From IMG/VR virus record IMGVR_UViG_3300017739_000094: DNA of 25,599 bases; one strand, written 5' to 3'. Positions within the stretch are counted from its first letter, which is position 1. The number at the start of each line of letters is the position of its first letter. The position numbers and the translations under genes were made by a program. The notes under the pieces were generated by a model that saw only the letters and a list, made by a program, of their open reading frames with translations, made no database searches and was not told the origin of the DNA. Of the stretch, positions 1 through 6,358 are shown piece after piece. The stretch is from a virus.

Positions 1-123
1 CAAGCTAGTACAGTAGATGGAATAAGATTTACTTCAATTTCAGGTACAATGACAGGCACTATAAAACTTTTTGGAGTGAAACAAATTTAGTATGAGTAAC
101 TTAAGATTAATTAATGAAACTAC
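1..123. repeat. Terminal direct repeat, copy 1 (identical to 25477..25599); circular-assembly overlap or short terminal redundancy
   Basis: By-eye comparison: caagctagtacagtagatgg...ttaattaatgaaactac is present at both ends of the window. It spans the 3' end of the 24964..25566 gene and the 5' end of the 92..628 gene. Confidence 0.95.
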
Positions 124-628
124 AACAACAGCAGGTGTTCAAACAGTAAATATTACTGATGTGTTTTCTAGTGATTTTGATATATATAAAATTGTAGGTG
201 CTGTTAATCTAGCTAACAATTCAACAGCAACAGGTTTTAATTTAAGGTTTATTAATTCTAGTGGAAGTGTTATTAGTGCAAGTGATTATGATTATGCACA
301 ACAAGCTATGAAAGCAGAAGCAAGTTTTAGTGAAAACAGAAGTACAAGTGAAGCTAGATTGTGGAATGTATTTGGCTCTTTAGATGATAGTGGACAATCA
401 GCAGGAAATGTAGCTTATGTATTTAATCCTTATAGTTCAAGTTCTTATACTTTTTGTTTGTGGCAATCATCAACAAAACCTAGTGGAAATTATAGAATGT
501 ATAAAGGAATTGGTGTCTTACATCAATTAAATAGTATTACAGGTTTTCAAGCAGAACTTAATGAAAGTGCAGGGGAGTTTGCAAGTGGTGGAAAGATTAG
601 CACTTATGGATTGAGAGTTGATAGCTAA
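92..628 (+). CDS. Paralog-array protein, subtype A (A1), 178 aa; function unknown, putative tail-tip/receptor-binding component by position
   Basis: Long ORF whose stop overlaps the next start (TAATG 626..630). Clear paralog of 1796..2326 (shared YKIVG, SG(G)SVIS, (D/E)YD, MKAE.SF, YVFNP..SSSYTF). Confidence refers to coding status; the function is inference only. Confidence 0.85.
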   Translation: MSNLRLINETTTTAGVQTVNITDVFSSDFDIYKIVGAVNLANNSTATGFNLRFINSSGSVISASDYDYAQQAMKAEASFSENRSTSEARLWNVFGSLDDSGQSAGNVAYVFNPYSSSSYTFCLWQSSTKPSGNYRMYKGIGVLHQLNSITGFQAELNESAGEFASGGKISTYGLRVDS

Positions 629-1149
629 TGGCAGGACAACTAGTACAAGTAGCAACAAATACAGTATCAAGTGCAGTAGCTAGTGTTACTTTAACAGGCA
701 TAGATAGTGATGATGTTTATATGGTTGCAGTTATGGGTTATATACCTGCAACAGATGATAAAGATTTATTTGCAAGGGTAACAAAAGCTAGTGATAGTTC
801 AGCAGACAGTACTGCTAATTATGATAGAGCAAGTAAATTACTTAGAACTGATACAACTTTTAGTAACTCATCTGCTACTAATGAAACAGAAATGAGATTA
901 GCAAATGGAACAGGTAATGCAACAGGGGAAACTGCACATTGTATATTATATTTATATAATTTTAATAATAGTAGTGAATTTTCATTTATTACTGTTGAGC
1001 AGACAGGTTTAAATGCAAGTTCTACCCATATGGGAAAACAAGGTGGAGAAGTACATACAGTTGCACAATCTTGTAATGGAATAAATTTTTTTGTTGAAAG
1101 TGGTGGAAACATAGCAAGTGGAACTTTTACATTGTACAGGGTGGTTTAA
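628..1149 (+). CDS. Paralog-array protein, subtype B (B1), 173 aa; function unknown
   Basis: Paralog of 2330..2848, about half of positions identical by eye (MAG.L, TVSSAV.SVTLTGIDS, VYMV, TANYDRASKLLR, SATNET, ATGE, NNSSE, FTLY). Confidence 0.85.
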   Translation: MAGQLVQVATNTVSSAVASVTLTGIDSDDVYMVAVMGYIPATDDKDLFARVTKASDSSADSTANYDRASKLLRTDTTFSNSSATNETEMRLANGTGNATGETAHCILYLYNFNNSSEFSFITVEQTGLNASSTHMGKQGGEVHTVAQSCNGINFFVESGGNIASGTFTLYRVV

Positions 1150-1151
1150 TT

Positions 1152-1796
1152 ATGAGTAGTGAATTTGGATATATACCTGAATCTCCTGAACAGAGTTTTG
1201 GAAATAATAAAGGTATCTTTACACCTACTGATATTTATGATTTAACAAGAGCAGATAAATATACTAACTATGGACAATTAGAATTAATACAAACACAAGA
1301 AGTTACAAGTTCAACATCAGCATTAGACTTTACAAGCATAGAAGAAAACAAATTCAATACTCATTTAATGACTTTTACAAAATTTAAACCAATAGTAGAT
1401 GGAAATATTTTACAGCTACAATTTAGCACCAATGGTGGAAGTTCTTTTAGTTCAAGTGGTTATCATTATGCTTTTGAAAGTGGTAGAAGTACAGGCTCTT
1501 TTTTTGAGAACAGGAGTACAAGTTATGCAGGAATAAGAGTAAATGGTAATCAGGGAACTGCAAGTAATGAAAATTCTAATGGCTACATATACTTTTATAA
1601 TTTAGGGGATAGTTCTAAATATAGTTTTGTAACATCACACAATATGTCTTGGACTAGAACACCTGAAGCAGAATTTTGGTTTGGTAGTGGTGCTCAACCA
1701 ACTGCACAAACTGTAAATGCAATTAGATTAGTTGGTAACACAGGAAATATAGATACAGTAATTGCAAGTCTATATGGCATAAAGGAATATTCATAA
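1152..1796 (+). CDS. Paralog-array protein, subtype C (C1), 214 aa; function unknown
   Basis: Paralog of 24964..25566 (G(I/L)(F/Y)TP, LELI, FYNLGDSSK(Y/F)SF, TV(N/D)(A/G)IR, (Y/F)G(I/V)K). Compared with subtypes A and B it has an N-terminal extension of about 40 aa. Its stop overlaps the next start (TAATG 1794..1798). Confidence 0.85.
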   Translation: MSSEFGYIPESPEQSFGNNKGIFTPTDIYDLTRADKYTNYGQLELIQTQEVTSSTSALDFTSIEENKFNTHLMTFTKFKPIVDGNILQLQFSTNGGSSFSSSGYHYAFESGRSTGSFFENRSTSYAGIRVNGNQGTASNENSNGYIYFYNLGDSSKYSFVTSHNMSWTRTPEAEFWFGSGAQPTAQTVNAIRLVGNTGNIDTVIASLYGIKEYS

Positions 1797-2326
1797 TGAG
1801 TACTAATTTACAATTTATAAAATCTGCTACAGGAAGTGATGTTAATACTTTAAGTATTACAAATTGTTTTAGTGATAAATATCATGTTTATAAAATTGTT
1901 GGACATACTGCTGATTACAGAACAACAGGGGCAGGTGTTATTTCTTTAAGACATAGATTGATAGATAGTGGGGGAAGTGTTATTAGTGATAATGAGTATG
2001 ATAGTGCAAGATTATTAATGAAAGCTGAAACAAGTTTTGATAATGATAGATTTACAAGTTTAAGTTATATGTATGACACAATGCAATTAGGAAATTATGA
2101 AAATGCAGGAAGTGTTGTTTATGTCTTTAATCCTAATGACAGTTCAAGTTATACATTTATGCTTGGACAGGGTGCAGGTGGATATGATACTTCAAATAAT
2201 AGATTTAGAGGTGTAAAGCAAATTGGTGTACATAAAGTAACAGAACAAATTACAGGTTTGAATATTTTTAGTAGTAATGCAAGTATTAATTTTGATGTAA
2301 CAATATCAGTATATGGAGTGAAATAA
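1796..2326 (+). CDS. Paralog-array protein, subtype A (A2), 176 aa; function unknown
   Basis: Paralog of 92..628 (see that entry). Confidence 0.85.
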   Translation: MSTNLQFIKSATGSDVNTLSITNCFSDKYHVYKIVGHTADYRTTGAGVISLRHRLIDSGGSVISDNEYDSARLLMKAETSFDNDRFTSLSYMYDTMQLGNYENAGSVVYVFNPNDSSSYTFMLGQGAGGYDTSNNRFRGVKQIGVHKVTEQITGLNIFSSNASINFDVTISVYGVK

Positions 2327-2329
2327 AAA

Positions 2330-2848
2330 ATGGCAGGTAGCTTAATAAAAATAGCAGAAACAACAGTTAGTTCAGCAGTAAGTTCTGTAACTTTAACAGG
2401 TATTGATAGCACTTATGATGTGTATATGGTTACAGTAAGTAATTTACAATGTGATACAGACACAGAAGATGTTAAATGTAGAGTTACTGAAAGTGATACA
2501 CCAAATACAACTGCAAATTATGACAGAGCAAGTAAATTATTAAGAGCAGGTAATGCTTTTGCTAACCAATCTGCAACTAATGAAACAAGTTGGGATATGG
2601 GAACTAATATAGGAACAGCAACAGGGGAAAGTTCTAATTTTGTTATTTATGTTTTTAATGCTAACAACAGTTCAGAATATACTTTTATGACAAAAGAAGT
2701 TGCTGAGTTAAACTCTACACCAGAATTAGTAGGACAACAAGGTGGAGGAGTTTTTACTTCTACAAGTACAGTAAATGGACTGCAATATTTTATGGATAGT
2801 GGAAACATAGACAATGGTGTATTCACTTTATATGGTTTAAAGAAGTAA
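2330..2848 (+). CDS. Paralog-array protein, subtype B (B2), 172 aa; function unknown
   Basis: Paralog of 628..1149 (see that entry). Confidence 0.85.
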   Translation: MAGSLIKIAETTVSSAVSSVTLTGIDSTYDVYMVTVSNLQCDTDTEDVKCRVTESDTPNTTANYDRASKLLRAGNAFANQSATNETSWDMGTNIGTATGESSNFVIYVFNANNSSEYTFMTKEVAELNSTPELVGQQGGGVFTSTSTVNGLQYFMDSGNIDNGVFTLYGLKK

Positions 2849-2880
2849 GTATAAGAAATATATAGTAAGATAGGAGAGAT

Positions 2881-3180
2881 ATGACAGAGGAACAAGCACT
2901 AGAACAAGCTACTGCAGAGGTAGAAGCTGCAAAGCCTATGAAAGCTCAAGTAAATAATGAAGTTAGAGAGTTTACTGATGCAGAATATAATCAAGCAATA
3001 GAGGACAGAAAAAACTCTATTCTTAATGATTATAACTTTGGCTATATTGAAGCTAGACAAGAAGCCTATGGATCAATACAAGATCAACTAGATATGCAAT
3101 ATTGGGATGGTGTTAATGACACTACTACATGGGCAGATCATATAGCACAAGTTAAAGCAGATAATCCTAAACCTGAATAA
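2881..3180 (+). CDS. Acidic 99 aa hypothetical protein (possibly fibre-associated, by position only)
   Basis: ORF preceded by aggagag 5-6 nt upstream of the ATG. Glu/Asp/Gln-rich. No motif I can assign. Confidence 0.7.
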   Translation: MTEEQALEQATAEVEAAKPMKAQVNNEVREFTDAEYNQAIEDRKNSILNDYNFGYIEARQEAYGSIQDQLDMQYWDGVNDTTTWADHIAQVKADNPKPE

Positions 3181-3227
3181 AATATGTCTTAGTAATTAAC
3201 TATCCTAGACTTATAGGAGGTTGAATA

Positions 3228-3479
3228 ATGACTTTATTACAATACTCTGAACAGCAGGGAAAGAAGCCTACAGGGCAGTTTGCAGCTACTAGATTTATAT
3301 TAGATAATCCAGAAGCTAAGAAAATCTTTCTTAAAGTGGCTAAAGAAGCTGAAACAGAATATATATCAGATACAACAGCAGCTCAATATTTAGTAGATCA
3401 ATATGAGCAATTTGCACATCTCAATTACAACACAGTAAGGAGATACTTTAGGGATTATAGAGATGGCAGAATCAAGTAA
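3228..3479 (+). CDS. Hypothetical 83 aa protein, possible small DNA-binding protein
   Basis: Strong RBS (taggagg) upstream. Basic C-terminal helix-rich segment (NYNTVRRYFRDYRDGRIK). The function call is weak. Confidence 0.6.
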   Translation: MTLLQYSEQQGKKPTGQFAATRFILDNPEAKKIFLKVAKEAETEYISDTTAAQYLVDQYEQFAHLNYNTVRRYFRDYRDGRIK

Positions 3480-4680
3480 TCTTAAAAAGTTTGCAAAAAC
3501 TGTAAAAGATAGAGATCCTAGACAAACTAAAAAGAAAATACAGCATCCCAAAGGCTTTGAGCCATCAGCATCTTTTAGCCAAGCTACAAGATCAGGAGAA
3601 ATAGTATCTAGCCCACAAAAGCAAAATGATGTGGATTGGAAAGAACAATTAGAGTCATATTTTGGTAAAGATGCCCATAAATACAAAGTTATAGAAAATC
3701 AAGCAGAAATAAGATTTTGGGATTCTAACATAGGAAATGGCAATATAGAGAGGCTTTATTACTTCAAAGCAAAGATTGTTTCTAGTGAGCAATATATGCC
3801 AGATCAGGACTTTAAAAAGCTTTTATCCTCTGCAGGTAAGCTAAAGAAAAAAACAAATAAAAATCCTGTAAAAGATACAAAAACATTCTGTATTGCACTA
3901 GCAGATTTTCAAATAGGTAAAGAGGGTACTGAGGAAGCAATAGAGAGGTTTATAGACTATATTCCTAAGATTAAGGCACAGATTAAGCAGATCCAGAAAG
4001 TAGAGTCATTAGAGCAGGTATTGTTTGCAGGATTAGGGGATTTAGTTGAATCCTGTTCAAATCATTACAATATGCAAGAATTTACTACAATAATGGATGA
4101 AAGATCTCAACAAAAGGTAGCTAGGAGGATGATATACACCTTAATAAAAGAAATTATGCCATTGTTTAGTAAAGGTTTAGTTTGTTTTATAGGTGGTAAT
4201 CATGGAGAAAACAGAAAGAATGGTAGAGCCTATACAACTTTTGCAGATAATAAAGATGTTATGTTGGCAGAGGAACTACAAGAGATATTTCAAGAATCAG
4301 CAGATTATAAAAAATCATTAGATTTTATTATTCCAGATAGTGAATTATTTATGACTATAGAGGTTTCTGATACTGTTTTACTGTTACTTCATGGGCATCA
4401 GATGAGAGGTGCAGGTAATTCACAAGCTAAAGCAAGAAAATGGCTATCAGATCAAGCTTTTTCTAGGAATGCAACAGCTGATGCAGATATAGTTCTACAT
4501 GGGCATTATCACTACTTTTCTGCTTATGAAAGCTCAGATAGGCTCATATTACAAGCTCCTACATTAGATTCAGGCTCAGAATGGTTTGAAAATACAAAAG
4601 GGGACAGATCTAGGGCAGGAATGCTTACTTTTGTAATTGGAGGAGAGGCTAAGTGGGACTATATTAAGGTTATAAGGTAA
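3463..4680 (+). CDS. Calcineurin-like metallophosphoesterase (Mre11/SbcD-type fold) with a basic N-terminal extension of about 130 aa
   Basis: Ordered metallophosphoesterase motifs: ALADFQIG, GLGDLVE (GD), GGNHGEN (GNHE), LLLHGHQ (GH), VLHGHYHY (GHxH). Confidence 0.75.
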   Translation: MAESSNLKKFAKTVKDRDPRQTKKKIQHPKGFEPSASFSQATRSGEIVSSPQKQNDVDWKEQLESYFGKDAHKYKVIENQAEIRFWDSNIGNGNIERLYYFKAKIVSSEQYMPDQDFKKLLSSAGKLKKKTNKNPVKDTKTFCIALADFQIGKEGTEEAIERFIDYIPKIKAQIKQIQKVESLEQVLFAGLGDLVESCSNHYNMQEFTTIMDERSQQKVARRMIYTLIKEIMPLFSKGLVCFIGGNHGENRKNGRAYTTFADNKDVMLAEELQEIFQESADYKKSLDFIIPDSELFMTIEVSDTVLLLLHGHQMRGAGNSQAKARKWLSDQAFSRNATADADIVLHGHYHYFSAYESSDRLILQAPTLDSGSEWFENTKGDRSRAGMLTFVIGGEAKWDYIKVIR

Positions 4681-4683
4681 ATA

Positions 4684-5301
4684 ATGAAACTTGAAGTATT
4701 AAGATTTAATAGTGGTAAAGATTTCACTTCTGGATTGCTATTTGATGTAACAGATAATGTAAGATCCTTTTTAGCATACACCATAGAGGATCAATATAAT
4801 CCAACTAAAATTCATGGCTCTACAAGAATTCCTGCAGGTACATATAAACTTGAATTAAGAGCTGATGGTGGTTTTCACAATAGATATTTAAAAAGGTATG
4901 GTGCTGAATGGCATAAAGGTATGATTTGGGTAAGAAATGTTCCTAATTATAAGTGGATATTATGGCATGTAGGCAATAGCCCAATAGACACTAAAGGATG
5001 TCTCTTGCTAACAAAAACTCAGAAAGATGGGTTTGGAGGAGCATCAAGAGCTGCTTATGAGCAAGTTTATCCTATTGTGAAAGATGCAATTCTTTCTGGA
5101 GAGGAAGTAACTGTAACTTATAAAAACTTTGATGGAAATATAGTATCTAATAAATCAACAGATGATGTTGTAAATATATCTCAAGTTTCTAAGAATCAGG
5201 AGGATATAATGGATATATTATCTACAGAAATAAAACATTTAAAAGCAGAAGTTAAAGCTCTTAGACAAGCAATCATACTTAAAGGGATGCAAGTTAAGTA
5301 A
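4684..5301 (+). CDS. DUF5675-like protein (YkuD/L,D-transpeptidase-like catalytic signature) with a C-terminal coiled coil; candidate cell-wall-acting enzyme
   Basis: Motifs T.G.L, TIED, TRIPAGTYKLELR, NVP....ILWHVGNSPIDTKGCLLL. These match my recollection of the DUF5675 family and resemble the H...G-C active-site stretch of YkuD enzymes. Sits next to a holin-like gene. Confidence 0.5.
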   Translation: MKLEVLRFNSGKDFTSGLLFDVTDNVRSFLAYTIEDQYNPTKIHGSTRIPAGTYKLELRADGGFHNRYLKRYGAEWHKGMIWVRNVPNYKWILWHVGNSPIDTKGCLLLTKTQKDGFGGASRAAYEQVYPIVKDAILSGEEVTVTYKNFDGNIVSNKSTDDVVNISQVSKNQEDIMDILSTEIKHLKAEVKALRQAIILKGMQVK

Positions 5302-5319
5302 TTTAACTCATCAACAATT

Positions 5320-5442
5320 ATGAATATAATATGTAATTCCTGTAAGGAAAAATTAGAATTAATTAACCATGCTTTTGTATGTATAAAAAAAAGATGTGTT
5401 CAATTTAAAAAAATACAAACAAGAATGAAAGAGGAGGAGTGA
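5320..5442 (+). CDS. Possible 40 aa mini zinc-ribbon ORF (MNIICNSCKEKLELINHAFVCIKKRCVQFKKIQTRMKEEE)
   Basis: Hand translation of the 5302..5445 gap shows CxxC-N13-CxxxxC. No Shine-Dalgarno sequence is visible upstream, so it may not be expressed. Confidence 0.25.
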   Translation: MNIICNSCKEKLELINHAFVCIKKRCVQFKKIQTRMKEEE

Positions 5443-5445
5443 GTT

Positions 5446-5631
5446 ATGTCAGATGATATGAAAGATATGCTTGAGAGAGCTATTTGGACTTTTGTTGAAG
5501 CATTTATTGGTGCTTTAACCATATCTCCACTTGTAGGAGTAGATGCTAATGCTTTACAGTTAGCTGCTATTTCTGGTGGTGGTGCAGCTTTAGCTGTAAT
5601 AAAGACTTATGCAAAGAAAAAAGTAAGTTAG
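5446..5631 (+). CDS. Holin-like small membrane protein (r1t-type holin resemblance), 61 aa
   Basis: Strong RBS (gaggaggag). Two hydrophobic segments (AIWTFVEAFIGALTISPLV and LQLAAISGGGAALAVI) followed by a basic C-terminus (KKKVS). Last gene before the terminator. Confidence 0.6.
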   Translation: MSDDMKDMLERAIWTFVEAFIGALTISPLVGVDANALQLAAISGGGAALAVIKTYAKKKVS

Positions 5632-5690
5632 AATAAGAGGGGACAATAGGAGGACTAGCAATAGCTTTCCTTTATGTAACTGAAACAAGA

Positions 5691-5720
5691 AAGAGGAGAT
5701 TTGTATCTCCTCTTTTTTGT
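5691..5720 (+). terminator. Rho-independent terminator ending the late transcription unit
   Basis: Perfect 10 bp stem aagaggagat (5691..5700) / atctcctctt (5705..5714), 4 nt loop ttgt, then a T tract (ttttgt). Confidence 0.85.
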
Positions 5721-5733
5721 TAAGCAGGTGGAG

Positions 5734-5743
5734 GTTGATTAGG
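5734..5743 (+). repeat. Copy 1 of direct-repeat motif GTTGATTAGG
   Basis: ggttgattaggg, immediately 3' of the 5' arm of a long-range stem (5724..5733 pairs with 5781..5790). Confidence 0.8.
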
Positions 5744-5819
5744 GCTAAAATGAACATACACAAAGGGAGTATATGTAAATCTCTACCTGCTCTTAATAAT
5801 ATTACCATTGATCTGGAAC

Positions 5820-5835
5820 AATTTATCAATTTATC
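5820..5835 (+). repeat. Perfect tandem 8-mer AATTTATC x2 in an AT-rich stretch
   Basis: caatttatcaatttatct, read directly from the sequence. Confidence 0.8.
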
Positions 5836-5905
5836 TCTTTTTGTCTTAAGTGTTCTCTATAGTGTTAAACACAAGTAAATTATTTCTGTAGCTTACAGAA
5901 AGAGA

Positions 5906-5918
5906 TAGTTGATTAGGA
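5906..5918 (+). repeat. Copy 2 of the motif (13 bp TAGTTGATTAGGA, identical to copy 3)
   Basis: atagttgattaggatc, read directly from the sequence. Confidence 0.85.
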
Positions 5919-5972
5919 TCTAACACCAGAGGATTAGCTGCACCTCATTAAACTAGGGTTATAGCCTATTAC

Positions 5973-5981
5973 TCCACATAT
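5973..5981 (+). promoter_or_regulatory. TCCACATAT box 1 (core resembles a DnaA box; tactccaca matches TTATCCACA at 7 of 9)
   Basis: Direct reading. The same 9-mer recurs at 6039..6047. Confidence 0.35.
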
Positions 5982-5989
5982 TTAAATGC

Positions 5990-6003
5990 TACTAAATTTA
6001 GTA
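5990..6003. promoter_or_regulatory. Perfect 14 bp palindrome TACTAAATTTAGTA (candidate dimeric protein-binding site)
   Basis: The sequence equals its own reverse complement. It lies between the two TCCACATAT boxes. Confidence 0.6.
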
Positions 6004-6038
6004 TTCTGGTTTTTGGGAGGGAGTGGCACAGGGTTAGT

Positions 6039-6047
6039 TCCACATAT
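6039..6047 (+). promoter_or_regulatory. TCCACATAT box 2
   Basis: Direct reading: tagttccacatataac. Confidence 0.35.
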
Positions 6048-6075
6048 AACAAAAACAACAACACTTGTTAAATAT

Positions 6076-6104
6076 AGCTCAAGCCTAGTAACAGGGCTTG
6101 AGCT
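6076..6104 (+). terminator. Stem-loop (10 bp stem) followed by a U-rich tail; possible second terminator or RNA 3' end
   Basis: agctcaagcc (6076..6085) pairs with ggcttgagct (6095..6104). The loop is 9 nt and is followed by tattatcttt. Confidence 0.45.
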
Positions 6105-6124
6105 TATTATCTTTAATTTGGTCA

Positions 6125-6153
6125 TTGACTTTATGACAAATACATGAGACAAT
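6125..6153 (+). promoter_or_regulatory. Candidate sigma70-type promoter for the early operon
   Basis: TTGACT (6125..6130), 17 nt spacer, GACAAT (6148..6153), about 30 nt upstream of the first early gene. The -10 element is imperfect. Confidence 0.35.
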
Positions 6154-6163
6154 AATTATTAAT

Positions 6164-6176
6164 TAGTTGATTAGGA
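6164..6176 (+). repeat. Copy 3 of the motif (TAGTTGATTAGGA), overlapping the Shine-Dalgarno of the first early gene
   Basis: attagttgattaggaggtaactatATG. The motif's 3' end forms part of the taggagg RBS. Confidence 0.85.
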
Positions 6177-6185
6177 GGTAACTAT

Positions 6186-6329
6186 ATGATGATTCAAGAA
6201 TGGATCTATCTAGGACTAGCAGCTTATGGGTTGCTATCAATAATAATGACTTTAGCTTATTTAAGCTTATGGATAGAGGAGAAACTTCTACATAATAAGT
6301 TTAACTTTGAGCAAAGACTACACAGAGTA
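6186..6329 (+). CDS. Small 47 aa membrane protein (MMIQEWIYLGLAAYGLLSIIMTLAYLSLWIEEKLLHNKLTLSKDYTE)
   Basis: Hand translation. Strong RBS (taggagg) 7 nt upstream and one clear hydrophobic helix. Too short for the supplied ORF track. Confidence 0.6.
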
Positions 6330-6358
6330 GAGATCCTTAGTAAAAATAATATATTCTA

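Noticed and set aside
92-2848. Diversity-generating retroelement, shufflon or phase-variation explanation for the paralog array.
   Set aside because: The genome has no reverse transcriptase, invertase or recombinase. The paralogs differ throughout their length rather than in a localised variable region with a near-identical template repeat. Nucleotide-similar islands (for example 811..850 versus 2510..2550, 34 of 40) simply mirror conserved amino acids (ANYDRASKLLR).
819-2895. Minus-strand ORFs 819..1112, 2149..2412 and 2647..2895 within the paralog array.
   Set aside because: They are antisense to + strand genes whose reality is supported by paralogy and translational coupling. The same reasoning applies to 3390..3686, 12293..12589, 15339..15575, 16605..16916, 16968..17255, 17908..18162, 18560..18942, 20187..20447, 21033..21263, 23765..23977, 24247..24525, 24648..24884 and 25160..25405.
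5590-5829. 79 aa minus-strand ORF spanning the holin 3' end, the terminator and part of the non-coding hub.
   Set aside because: It runs through the terminator hairpin, overlaps the holin gene, and has no RBS (no cctcc-like sequence on the + strand just downstream of its cat start). Its sequence is hydrophobic and low-complexity, typical of AT-rich antisense.
5632-6185. A tRNA gene or an attP/integration site in the non-coding hub.
   Set aside because: I could fold no cloverleaf or GTTCGAATC-type T-arm, and the genome has no integrase or excisionase. I therefore treat the repeats there as regulatory or origin-like.
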